Source of the DNA: a virus
Virus record (IMG/VR): IMGVR_UViG_3300045988_033491
Location: 1 to 44,373 of that record
Strand: one strand, 5' to 3'
Length of the DNA stretch: 44,373 nt
In this document: positions 36,260 through 43,829 of the stretch, piece by piece
How the letters are laid out: each line of letters starts with the position of its first letter
How positions within the stretch are numbered: position 1 is the stretch's first letter
Notes under the pieces: generated by a model
The model's database searches: none
What the model was told of the DNA's origin: nothing
What the model saw: the letters and a program-made list of their open reading frames with translations, nothing else
Position numbers and translations under genes: made by a program

Positions 36260-37147
36260 TTATAAATCTTCCTCAACGTATCGTTTTAACTCGGCTTGGA
36301 ATTGTTCCCGTTCGTCGTCCTCCTGATTAATCAATTCGTCGTACAAATCATTGTCGAATATTTCGCCCAACGCATCGTCCAACATGGCAATCAATTTTTC
36401 GGGCTTAACGGCGTCTAACTCGACCTGTCCCAATCCGTCCCAATTTGCCGTCCGGCTATCGGTTTCCTTTGCCGGGGCGGGCGGCAAACCCCATTCGACA
36501 ACCTGTTGTTCCATTAACGCAATACGGCGTATTTCCACGCCATAAACGCCGAACTTTTCCAAATTTTCGCCGATTGACCGGGGTATGTCCTCGCCGGACG
36601 GGTCGTAATCTCCGAAATATAAGATTATCGCCTGTTTGCCGTTGCACTGTTGTTCTCGCAACCGTTCGGATAACTCATATAGGAAAGTTAACGACGGGTA
36701 GCCCTTGCAAGCCCCAACCGCAACGTCCCATTTGCGGCACGGTTTCGCAAAAACGCCCTCCAACGCTTTCTTTTCAATAAGTATTTCGGGATAATAGGGT
36801 TGATTTTCCCAACGGTTTTTGCTGTATGAATGCATCCACGCCCGAACCTGTTGTTTTGCTTCGTCCTGTTTGTCGTCCAAATTGGTTGCGTCGGCTTTTG
36901 TTTCGCCACACATTGCCCTATCTCGGTCGCTGAACGCCTCAAAATCAACCCGACCGTCCCACCGGGCAACCTCCATTGCGGCGACAACACGTTTGTAATG
37001 CTGTAACGTGTTTGTCATTCCCCGGCTAACTAATTGATAATGCAACGCACGGATTGTCAATATACCGTTTTCGTAATTACTTAACACGTCAATTGATTGT
37101 TCAATAATCCAATCCCGTGTAAATTCGTCTTTAATACGCTTTGCCAT
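36260..37147 (-). CDS. TopoVIA/Spo11-like protein (winged-helix 5Y-CAP-like plus Toprim).
   Basis: 295 aa. TIRALHYQLVS (candidate catalytic Tyr region), EILIEKKALEGVF (Toprim Glu) and ILYFGDYDPSGEDI (Toprim DxD). Confidence 0.55.
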   Translation of the reverse strand: MAKRIKDEFTRDWIIEQSIDVLSNYENGILTIRALHYQLVSRGMTNTLQHYKRVVAAMEVARWDGRVDFEAFSDRDRAMCGETKADATNLDDKQDEAKQQVRAWMHSYSKNRWENQPYYPEILIEKKALEGVFAKPCRKWDVAVGACKGYPSLTFLYELSERLREQQCNGKQAIILYFGDYDPSGEDIPRSIGENLEKFGVYGVEIRRIALMEQQVVEWGLPPAPAKETDSRTANWDGLGQVELDAVKPEKLIAMLDDALGEIFDNDLYDELINQEDDEREQFQAELKRYVEEDL

Positions 37148-37193
37148 TGTATCGCTCTTTTTGGTTATCCGGGAAATTGCCCGGTCAATTGCA

Positions 37194-37224
37194 CAAATGT
37201 ACGTATATTCTTTTAACTACCAAA
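37194..37224 (-). promoter_or_regulatory. Bacteroidota-type promoter P3 (-33 TTTG, 19-bp spacer, -7 TACATTTG) with a leader hairpin at 37169-37184.
   Basis: Plus strand has caaatgta at 37194-37201 and caaa at 37221-37224. The leader AAAAAGAGCGATACA-ATG is identical to that of P2. Confidence 0.75.
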
Positions 37225-37238
37225 AGAAATTACCGTTA

Positions 37239-38066
37239 TTAAAAATCGTTTTCGTCCAACATTTCCCGTGTGCGTTTCAATGCGTCGTTATCGGCTTTCG
37301 GTCGTGGCGCATCCGGGACGGGTTCGGGTTCCGTTTTGGGGGCGGTTCCGATTGGCTCCGTTACCGGGTTGGGGTCGTTGAACTCTATATTACGCCCGCT
37401 TTGCCCCTTTTGCGGCTCAAATTTCGCCTTTAATTGTTCCGCCGGGTATTCCTTTTGTTTCAACTCAATAATCCCTAATTCGACCAATTCCGGGACGCAA
37501 CGGCGTAACGCTCGTATGTCCTCCAATGCGTCATGCGCCGGGAATGTTTCGCCGGGGAATAACTTGTTATATAATTCCTCCAACGTCGGGAATTTACCGG
37601 GGCGACCATTTGCGAACAATGCGCCGACGAACTTAATACATTTCATCATCGTATCAATTCGTTTGCCTTTGTGCAATGCGTCCTCCGCTTTGGCGTCGTA
37701 ATATTCCCGACCGCACCAACGCAAAACGTTTGCTTTTAACATCGACGTATCAAAGTAAATGTTGTGCGCACAAACCAACGGGGCGTCGGCGGCATCCGTC
37801 AAAAATTCGTCCACGACCACGGCGAACGGTACGCCCTCGGCAATTGCCCGTTCGGTTGTTATCCCGTGTATTGCCGTTGTTTCCTCCGGTATTTCGTACC
37901 CGTCCGGTTTGATTATGTAGCTTTTTTCTTTGTCGCCAACCGACCACGCCAATTGTACGACTTGCGGGAATTGCATAAAATCCGCATCCCATTTCAACCC
38001 CTTTGCGGGAACCCCTGTTGTTTCGCAATCGAAAAAACAAATATTGCTCAAATCAAATGTTTTCAT
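37239..38066 (-). CDS. DEDDh 3'-5' exonuclease (DnaQ/epsilon-like).
   Basis: ExoI FFDCETTG, ExoII AHNIYFDTSML, ExoIII HDALEDIRAL. The C-terminal ~70 aa are Pro/Glu-rich. Confidence 0.85.
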   Translation of the reverse strand: MKTFDLSNICFFDCETTGVPAKGLKWDADFMQFPQVVQLAWSVGDKEKSYIIKPDGYEIPEETTAIHGITTERAIAEGVPFAVVVDEFLTDAADAPLVCAHNIYFDTSMLKANVLRWCGREYYDAKAEDALHKGKRIDTMMKCIKFVGALFANGRPGKFPTLEELYNKLFPGETFPAHDALEDIRALRRCVPELVELGIIELKQKEYPAEQLKAKFEPQKGQSGRNIEFNDPNPVTEPIGTAPKTEPEPVPDAPRPKADNDALKRTREMLDENDF

Positions 38067-38090
38067 ACTCTCGTTACTGTTTAATTGTTA

Positions 38091-38336
38091 TTACTGATTA
38101 TCTGTGCGGAATTTATCCCGCTTTTTCTCTAACTCCAATACGTCCCGGTTTTCCTCGACATATTCCCGGACGTCCTTACGGCAAAACGGTTGGTCGGCTA
38201 ACCAAAGTAAATGCCAATACGGTACGTCCTCCATTTTTTCGCCCTTAAATTTGCCTTGCGGCATCGGGCTATTATCGTCTAACTGCATACTAAAATAGTC
38301 TTTTTTGCCCGTCGTCGTTGGGCGTTTGTTCCACAT
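38091..38336 (-). CDS. DUF3820-like small protein.
   Basis: MPQGKFKGEKMEDVPYWHLLWL resembles the DUF3820 signature. The alternative ATG at 38288 would remove the 47-nt overlap with the upstream gene. Confidence 0.55.
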   Translation of the reverse strand: MWNKRPTTTGKKDYFSMQLDDNSPMPQGKFKGEKMEDVPYWHLLWLADQPFCRKDVREYVEENRDVLELEKKRDKFRTDNQ

Positions 38337-38475
38337 ACTTTGCCCGTGTAATCCAAACGCACCCGCACCGTAAACACTTTATACGGCTGTAATGCTTTGG
38401 CGTGTATTCATGGCGGATTATTCGCCAACCCGCCAACGGGTATTGTTTCCGTTTTCCGTTACACTTGCAAAACAT
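38290..38475 (-). CDS. Small zinc-ribbon-like protein (61 aa).
   Basis: CKCNG...CLRCGC. ATG at 38475, 2 nt after the upstream stop. Confidence 0.5.
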   Translation of the reverse strand: MFCKCNGKRKQYPLAGWRIIRHEYTPKHYSRIKCLRCGCVWITRAKYVEQTPNDDGQKRLF

Positions 38476-38477
38476 AA

Positions 38478-38909
38478 CTATAACGTTCGGGGGTCGTCAA
38501 TAAACGTGTTGTATTCCTCGGCGGCTAACTGTTTGAGCGCTTCGATATGTTCGATTAACTCGGCGTTGCTTAATTCCGCCACGGTGCGCAATTCGTGGGA
38601 ATATTCCCCCGTTTCCTCGTTGACCCGTTCGACGTACATAACCGGGGAAAATTCCCGCAAACGACGTTCGGTTTGTTCCTCTGTCAATCGTTCGCCCGCC
38701 TCCCAAATTGCGTGTTTGAACGTTGGCACAACATAGTTAAAATAATAGCCTTTCAAAGCCTCGGACGAACCGGGCGACGCTACAATGAACCGGGCAATTA
38801 CACGGGAACCCCTCCAACCTTTGAAAAACTCGTTTAATTCTCCCATGTACATTGCCAATCCGCCGTTATTGTTTATCGTCCCCGTCGCTGTTATTTCTCG
38901 CTTTTTCAT
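38478..38909 (-). CDS. Hypothetical protein (143 aa), possibly NinB/Orf-like.
   Basis: ATG at 38909 gives a 44-nt overlap with the upstream gene; alternative ATGs are at 38852 and 38846. The size and context suggest NinB, but I see no motif-level support. Confidence 0.5.
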   Translation of the reverse strand: MKKREITATGTINNNGGLAMYMGELNEFFKGWRGSRVIARFIVASPGSSEALKGYYFNYVVPTFKHAIWEAGERLTEEQTERRLREFSPVMYVERVNEETGEYSHELRTVAELSNAELIEHIEALKQLAAEEYNTFIDDPRTL

Positions 38910-40092
38910 CGGCTAATAACTTTTTCATTGTTTCGTTAAATGCTCCCATTCCGACGGTACGGATAAACGCCCGTTCGCTCGACGAATACCCGGTTGCGAC
39001 CTTATCCAAAACGGACGCAAACAATACGGTAAATTTTCCCGGCTCCCAATCCCCGGCGTTGTGCATCCGGTCGATAACGTGCGCCCGCAATCGTTCGTTC
39101 ACTTTTGCGGCTTTTTTCCGGGCGTTTTCCCGGTCGTTCCAAAGGCTTGTTAATTGGGTTTGCAGATTGGCGAAAAACAACGGCATTTTCAGAACGTCCG
39201 CAATACTCAAATCCGCCACGGGAACCGGGACGGCGGCGATTGCTTCGTTGGCTTTCTTTTGGGCTTTCCCGCCCTTTTTCATTGCCTCCGTTAATTCCTT
39301 TGTTGCCTCTGCAATCTCATTAACCCCGGCGGCGGTTCCTTTGTTAATACCATAACCGAACAATGCAAAATCCCCTTTTGCGGGGTCATTGGGGAATATC
39401 TCGGCGAAACGGTCGGTTATCTCAATAGCGGTGCGCAAATCCGGTGTCCGGCGTGTTGTCAATCCCAACCGTATTGCCTGTTTATGTACGTGGGTATCTA
39501 ACGGGATTATCAAATTGCGGGGGTCGCATACGTCCCACAATCCAAAGTCAACCGGGGAACTTTTACGGCACATCCAACGCAAAAACAGACACAACCGTTT
39601 GCAAGCGGATTGCGTTTCAAAATCCGGGATACCATTAACGGAACCGAACAACGATTGCAACGTTGCCAATGCCGTTTCCCCGTTCGTTTCGTGCGCTTTC
39701 TTTATTGCCGCTTCCATGCTTTCCGCCGACGTGTAAACATCGTACAAACGGGCGCAAAGGTCGGCAAAATCTCCATACGTAAACGTTCGGTAAAAACTTT
39801 CCTTACTGCCTTTGTATTGTTCCCATTCCGGGGCGGCTCCGGGCGCAACGTTGTTGCCGACAATGTAATGATACGGTTCGCCCTTGAAAATTTCCCGGTC
39901 TATAAAATCCGCCTTTTTGATAATCTGTTTACGTGCGCCCCACGCAATCCACGCCGTAACAAATGCGCTTATCTCAATGTTTACCCGGCTATCGTAACGG
40001 TGCGGAATTTGCACCGGGTCGGATTTAATAAACTCGGCGGTTTCGTATTGTTCCGCCCAACGCTTCAAATTTTCGTTCAATGTAAATGCCAT
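38866..40092 (-). CDS. DUF2400/TIGR02757-like protein fused to a ~140-aa C-terminal extension.
   Basis: 408 aa. FIKSDPVQIPHRY, ACKRLCLFLRWMCR, GLWD...LIIPLDTHVH and DPAKGDFALFGYGI match my recollection of the TIGR02757 family. Residues ~270-408 have no counterpart that I know. Confidence 0.55.
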   Translation of the reverse strand: MAFTLNENLKRWAEQYETAEFIKSDPVQIPHRYDSRVNIEISAFVTAWIAWGARKQIIKKADFIDREIFKGEPYHYIVGNNVAPGAAPEWEQYKGSKESFYRTFTYGDFADLCARLYDVYTSAESMEAAIKKAHETNGETALATLQSLFGSVNGIPDFETQSACKRLCLFLRWMCRKSSPVDFGLWDVCDPRNLIIPLDTHVHKQAIRLGLTTRRTPDLRTAIEITDRFAEIFPNDPAKGDFALFGYGINKGTAAGVNEIAEATKELTEAMKKGGKAQKKANEAIAAVPVPVADLSIADVLKMPLFFANLQTQLTSLWNDRENARKKAAKVNERLRAHVIDRMHNAGDWEPGKFTVLFASVLDKVATGYSSSERAFIRTVGMGAFNETMKKLLADEKARNNSDGDDKQ

Positions 40093-40109
40093 TGTTTTTG
40101 CTGTATTAA

Positions 40110-40130
40110 GGGGAACGGGAACCCGTCCCC
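40110..40130 (-). terminator. GC-rich stem-loop after the ATPase stop; putative attenuator.
   Basis: Minus-sense GGGGGACGGGTTCCCGTTCCCC followed by TTAATAC. Confidence 0.35.
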
Positions 40131-40137
40131 CGGTTAA

Positions 40138-41583
40138 TTATTCGTTTTCGCTGTATTCCTCAATTACTAAATCGTCCTGTCCTCGCTTGACTTCCTCAAT
40201 AAAGCCTTGATAACCCTCTTTTCGGGCTAATTCGATAAGCGATTGCAAACGTTTTGCGCCCAAACTTTCGCCCCTCGCAATGCGGAATACCTTAACGGTC
40301 GGATTGCTCGCAATGATAAGTTTTGCGGCGACCTCCATAATTTGACTATCGGATACTTTCCCGGCAACAAACGGTACGCCGTTCAACTCCAACCCGTCGT
40401 CGGTAAATGTCAACCCGTCGATTGGTAATTTGGATTTGGCAATAAGGTTTTCCCGTTCTTTCAACAAATCGGACAACTTTTTGTCGTGGGTTTGTGCCGT
40501 CTTTTCGGCGGCATCCTTTTGCTTTTTCTTTGCCAAATAATCCACAACCAACGTATTAATCCGGTTGTGTTCCTCGGCTTGTTTGAGGCGTTCCGCCGTA
40601 TCCAAATTTTCGGGGTTGTTTTCCTCATATTTCGCCAACCAATCGGCGGCGTTCTTTTTACGGGTTTCGTAATCAGCTTTGTCGGCTTCGATTTGCGCCA
40701 ATGTTTCGTCGTATTTATCGGCGGCGGCTTTGGCGGCGGCTTTGCTCTGTTTTTTGGCGGTATCCAATGCCTTTTTTGCCTCGGCAACAATACGGTCGTA
40801 TTCCGCTTGCGCATCGGCTTCGGCTTTGGCGGCGGCGGTAATCTCTGTATTCTTGGTTTCCTCGGCGGCTTTTATACGACCGGGGATTGCCTCCAATTGT
40901 TCCGTCCGTGTCTGCAATGCGGTACGTACTGTTTTTGCCTTTTCAATCAACCGGGCGTTCTCGTTTTGTTCCTCCATTAAGTCGGCAATGTCGATTTTGT
41001 CGGCATACGTTTTCACGTCGCCCGGCTTCAACTGTTTTTCGGCGGCGGCGCAAATAGTCGTGTATGTCTTAACCTCGGCGTTGGCGTCTTTTCGTTTGTC
41101 CTTAACGGTCGTAACCTCGGCGTCTATTTCGTCGATACGTTTTTGCACATCAACAGGCAACAACGCCCGGACGTACTGAACTTGTTTGCGGCGACCCTCG
41201 GCGGTTTCCGACCAACGGGAAAACTCCACGGCGTCAAAATCGGTATATCCGAAAACCTTTTGCAACATACTTACGTTATCCGACCGCATCCCGGTTGTTT
41301 TTTGTTTGATTGATAACGTACCCCGTGGGTTGGCTTTGGTAAATCGCAATTCAACGTCGTATTCCTCGCCGTCGTCGCCTACAACCATTTTTGCAAACCC
41401 TTTTTCCTCGCCATTACGCAAAACGGCGTCCCGGTTCCCGGTCAATAACGCCCCGATTGCCTTTAATAGCGTGGATTTTCCCAACTCATTGTCCCCGGTA
41501 ATGAAATATACATTACCCTCAAAATCTGCGTTGAACTCCTTAATTACTTGGAAATTCGACAATTCTAACTTTTTTATAATCAT
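40138..41583 (-). CDS. SMC/Rad50/SbcC-like ATPase with a central coiled coil.
   Basis: 481 aa. N-terminal LELSNFQVIKEF...FITGDNELGKSTLLKAIG (Walker A), ~250 aa of A/K/E-rich coiled coil, and a C-terminal signature/Walker-B-like region. Confidence 0.7.
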   Translation of the reverse strand: MIIKKLELSNFQVIKEFNADFEGNVYFITGDNELGKSTLLKAIGALLTGNRDAVLRNGEEKGFAKMVVGDDGEEYDVELRFTKANPRGTLSIKQKTTGMRSDNVSMLQKVFGYTDFDAVEFSRWSETAEGRRKQVQYVRALLPVDVQKRIDEIDAEVTTVKDKRKDANAEVKTYTTICAAAEKQLKPGDVKTYADKIDIADLMEEQNENARLIEKAKTVRTALQTRTEQLEAIPGRIKAAEETKNTEITAAAKAEADAQAEYDRIVAEAKKALDTAKKQSKAAAKAAADKYDETLAQIEADKADYETRKKNAADWLAKYEENNPENLDTAERLKQAEEHNRINTLVVDYLAKKKQKDAAEKTAQTHDKKLSDLLKERENLIAKSKLPIDGLTFTDDGLELNGVPFVAGKVSDSQIMEVAAKLIIASNPTVKVFRIARGESLGAKRLQSLIELARKEGYQGFIEEVKRGQDDLVIEEYSENE

Positions 41584-41623
41584 TTTATCGCTCCTTTTAT
41601 GCCGGGGTTGCCCCCGGCGGTTA

Positions 41624-41821
41624 CTACTTTGTTATTATTCCCTTTGTAAATCTAAAACCTAAAAAATGAAACGCCGCATCTGTGATATTAAACCACGGTT
41701 TTATAAAACCCTTGCGAAACAATATATTACCATGAAACCAAATAGCATGATAATACGGGGTACATTTACGACCGTCGGCGCATTTATCGACTTTTTTAGA
41801 ATAAATTTTAATTGCTCTCAT
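41624..41821 (-). CDS. Hypothetical protein (65 aa), first gene after promoter P4.
   Basis: ATG at 41821, downstream of the P4 leader hairpin. Confidence 0.5.
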   Translation of the reverse strand: MRAIKIYSKKVDKCADGRKCTPYYHAIWFHGNILFRKGFIKPWFNITDAAFHFLGFRFTKGIITK

Positions 41822-41877
41822 TGCTTTATGTATTTAGCGTTACCGGGAAAACGCCCGGTCGTTGTTATTTCATGCCG

Positions 41878-41908
41878 CAAATCTACGTATATTATTTTAA
41901 TTACCAAA
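41878..41908 (-). promoter_or_regulatory. Bacteroidota-type promoter P4 (-33 TTTG, 19-bp spacer, -7 TAGATTTG) with a leader hairpin at 41843-41858.
   Basis: Plus strand has caaatcta at 41878-41885 and caaa at 41905-41908. The spacer AATATACGTA is shared with P3. Confidence 0.75.
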
Positions 41909-41919
41909 ACTTTTTTCTT

Positions 41920-42111
41920 TTATTTTTTAAGTTTTCGCAATAATCGACCCAAAATAACAACCTTACCAATTCCGGGAAACTCAACTAACATATTGCCATT
42001 GCGTCCCCGAATACATTTGCCGTCTAAACGACGAACCGCCCGGCACGGCATACGTCGCAATTCCGGGCGGGTCAATCGGTCGCCTAAATAGATATAATCC
42101 ATTTCGTCCAT
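41920..42111 (-). CDS. Hypothetical protein (63 aa).
   Basis: ATG at 42111, 1 nt after the upstream stop. Confidence 0.5.
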   Translation of the reverse strand: MDEMDYIYLGDRLTRPELRRMPCRAVRRLDGKCIRGRNGNMLVEFPGIGKVVILGRLLRKLKK

Positions 42112-42112
42112 A

Positions 42113-42334
42113 TCAAAATAATTTCATTTGTGTATCTGTCAGAACCGCAACCACGGCGTCAACCTCCTTTTCCCAACGCTCCAACGTTGCCAACTTTTCC
42201 GGGGTTGGGTTCCGTTGGCAACGTCGTTGGTTGTGCCGCATCTGCTTTACCATTTCCGCCAACTCTTTTGCCGTTATTTTTTCGGTATTTTCGATTTGCG
42301 GGGCTTTGTTGTCGTCTGCCATACTCTTAACCAT
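42113..42334 (-). CDS. Hypothetical protein (about 73 aa).
   Basis: The track start at 42409 is TTG and overlaps the resolvase gene. ATGs are at 42334 and 42322. Confidence 0.5.
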   Translation of the reverse strand: MVKSMADDNKAPQIENTEKITAKELAEMVKQMRHNQRRCQRNPTPEKLATLERWEKEVDAVVAVLTDTQMKLF

Positions 42335-42360
42335 TTGGGAAATTAAAGCCGTGTACGGGC

Positions 42361-42897
42361 TTAAAATAAACGATTGTGCATTGGGGCGGGTAAATTTTCC
42401 AAAACCCAACGGGGGTTGTTATGTAAAATGTATCGTCCAAAGTGTAAAATCATAAGCGCATCGGCGTTCCACAATGTCGCCTTAACATCCGGGTAATAAT
42501 CGGCGGCGGCTCGTTGGTATCGCTTTTTGCGTTCGGGCTTTTCCTCCCCCTTAACACGCAATTTCAATTCGTTTTGCCATTTTTGGGGGTGTACCAAAAC
42601 AAACGGTACGTCGCACATGGCAATTATCGTTTTCAGTTTCTCAAACTCCGACAACAGTTTTTGCACCCGGAACGCCTTACCGGGGTTGTCGTTTACATCG
42701 TCCGGGCGCAATTGCACCTTTTCGACGAAAACAAGCGGTTTACAAATACTTTTCATGTACTCAAACCATTGTTTCAACTCCATAAGGTCGGCGGGCATCT
42801 TGATAACCTCGGTTTTATGGTTCGGACGCCAAACGGCAATCCCTCCGGTTTTTCCGGGGTCAATGCCAATAATACAATCAATCGTTATTTTATTCAT
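42361..42897 (-). CDS. RuvC-like Holliday junction resolvase.
   Basis: IIGIDPGKTGGIAVW...VFVEKV is the RuvC-fold catalytic pattern. The ATG at 42897 forms an ATGA overlap with the upstream stop. Confidence 0.7.
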   Translation of the reverse strand: MNKITIDCIIGIDPGKTGGIAVWRPNHKTEVIKMPADLMELKQWFEYMKSICKPLVFVEKVQLRPDDVNDNPGKAFRVQKLLSEFEKLKTIIAMCDVPFVLVHPQKWQNELKLRVKGEEKPERKKRYQRAAADYYPDVKATLWNADALMILHFGRYILHNNPRWVLENLPAPMHNRLF

Positions 42898-43826
42898 TTC
42901 CAAAAATTCAAATAATCATCAACTTGCAATTCGTCCGCAATCATACGGTCGAACGCTTTTATTATCTCTTTTCTCCGGGCAACCTCAAACGCCGTATAAT
43001 CAATTTCTTTGCTTTTGGTTCCATCCTTACGAACATGGTAAACGGTAAATTCATTTACGAACCCACGGGCGGCACGGGCTAAAAACCGCCCCAATGCCTC
43101 CCGGCGGTCGTCCTCGGTTTCTTTCACTTCATCCGCCAAACCAACAGCCAATAACCAATTATAAACGAACATTTCCCCGGCAATACCGAAATCGACCCGT
43201 CCGGTATATTTGTATTGCAGAAACGCCAAACGGTTACGGCTTTCCGTGTCGTTGTGGTAATATCGTTTTTGCTCCGGGGTTAACTCCTTTTTCGGTTCCG
43301 GCAATGCTTTGTACGCTTTGGCAATAACTCCGTTTTGTTTTCGCCTGTATGCGTTCAATATCTTTGCGAAATAATCGGCGTTAAACTGTTGGTAGTGGTG
43401 TTTGTCCGGTTGCCCGTCCCGTCCTTTTGGCAAATATTCGTCCAATTCCCCGGTTGCGGTTAACTCAAATGCCAACTTAACGTCCGCTAATGTTAGTTGC
43501 GAAAAGTATTTTTTGAGTATATCCAACAACCGGGTACAAATATACGCCCAATCGTCGGCGTTGGTCGGGATTATATACCCAACGTCCATTGCTATAAACC
43601 GGAACATTTGCCCGGTTTTAGCAACCAACGTGGCGTCGTCAATCTCGGCAATCTGTGTTTTGGTTGACGCCGCAAAAATATACTTTTCAACCGACGACAA
43701 CGATTTGGCAACCTCCGGTAATTGTACCATTTGGCGGCGTATCTCTATTGCTTTGGTTCCGGGCGGGGGATTATATACCGCCAACGCCACGGATTGCGTA
43801 TTTATCTTTTCCGGCAATTGTTCCAT
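42894..43826 (-). CDS. Hypothetical replication-module protein (310 aa).
   Basis: It lies immediately downstream of the organizer-like gene. No NTPase motif seen. Confidence 0.65.
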   Translation of the reverse strand: MEQLPEKINTQSVALAVYNPPPGTKAIEIRRQMVQLPEVAKSLSSVEKYIFAASTKTQIAEIDDATLVAKTGQMFRFIAMDVGYIIPTNADDWAYICTRLLDILKKYFSQLTLADVKLAFELTATGELDEYLPKGRDGQPDKHHYQQFNADYFAKILNAYRRKQNGVIAKAYKALPEPKKELTPEQKRYYHNDTESRNRLAFLQYKYTGRVDFGIAGEMFVYNWLLAVGLADEVKETEDDRREALGRFLARAARGFVNEFTVYHVRKDGTKSKEIDYTAFEVARRKEIIKAFDRMIADELQVDDYLNFWK

Positions 43827-43829
43827 TTA

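Noticed and set aside
36233-36262. A hairpin followed by a T-tract on the plus strand, as a plus-strand terminator.
   Set aside because: There are no credible plus-strand genes to terminate. The T-tract is the complement of A-rich sequence preceding the hairpin in the minus-sense transcript.
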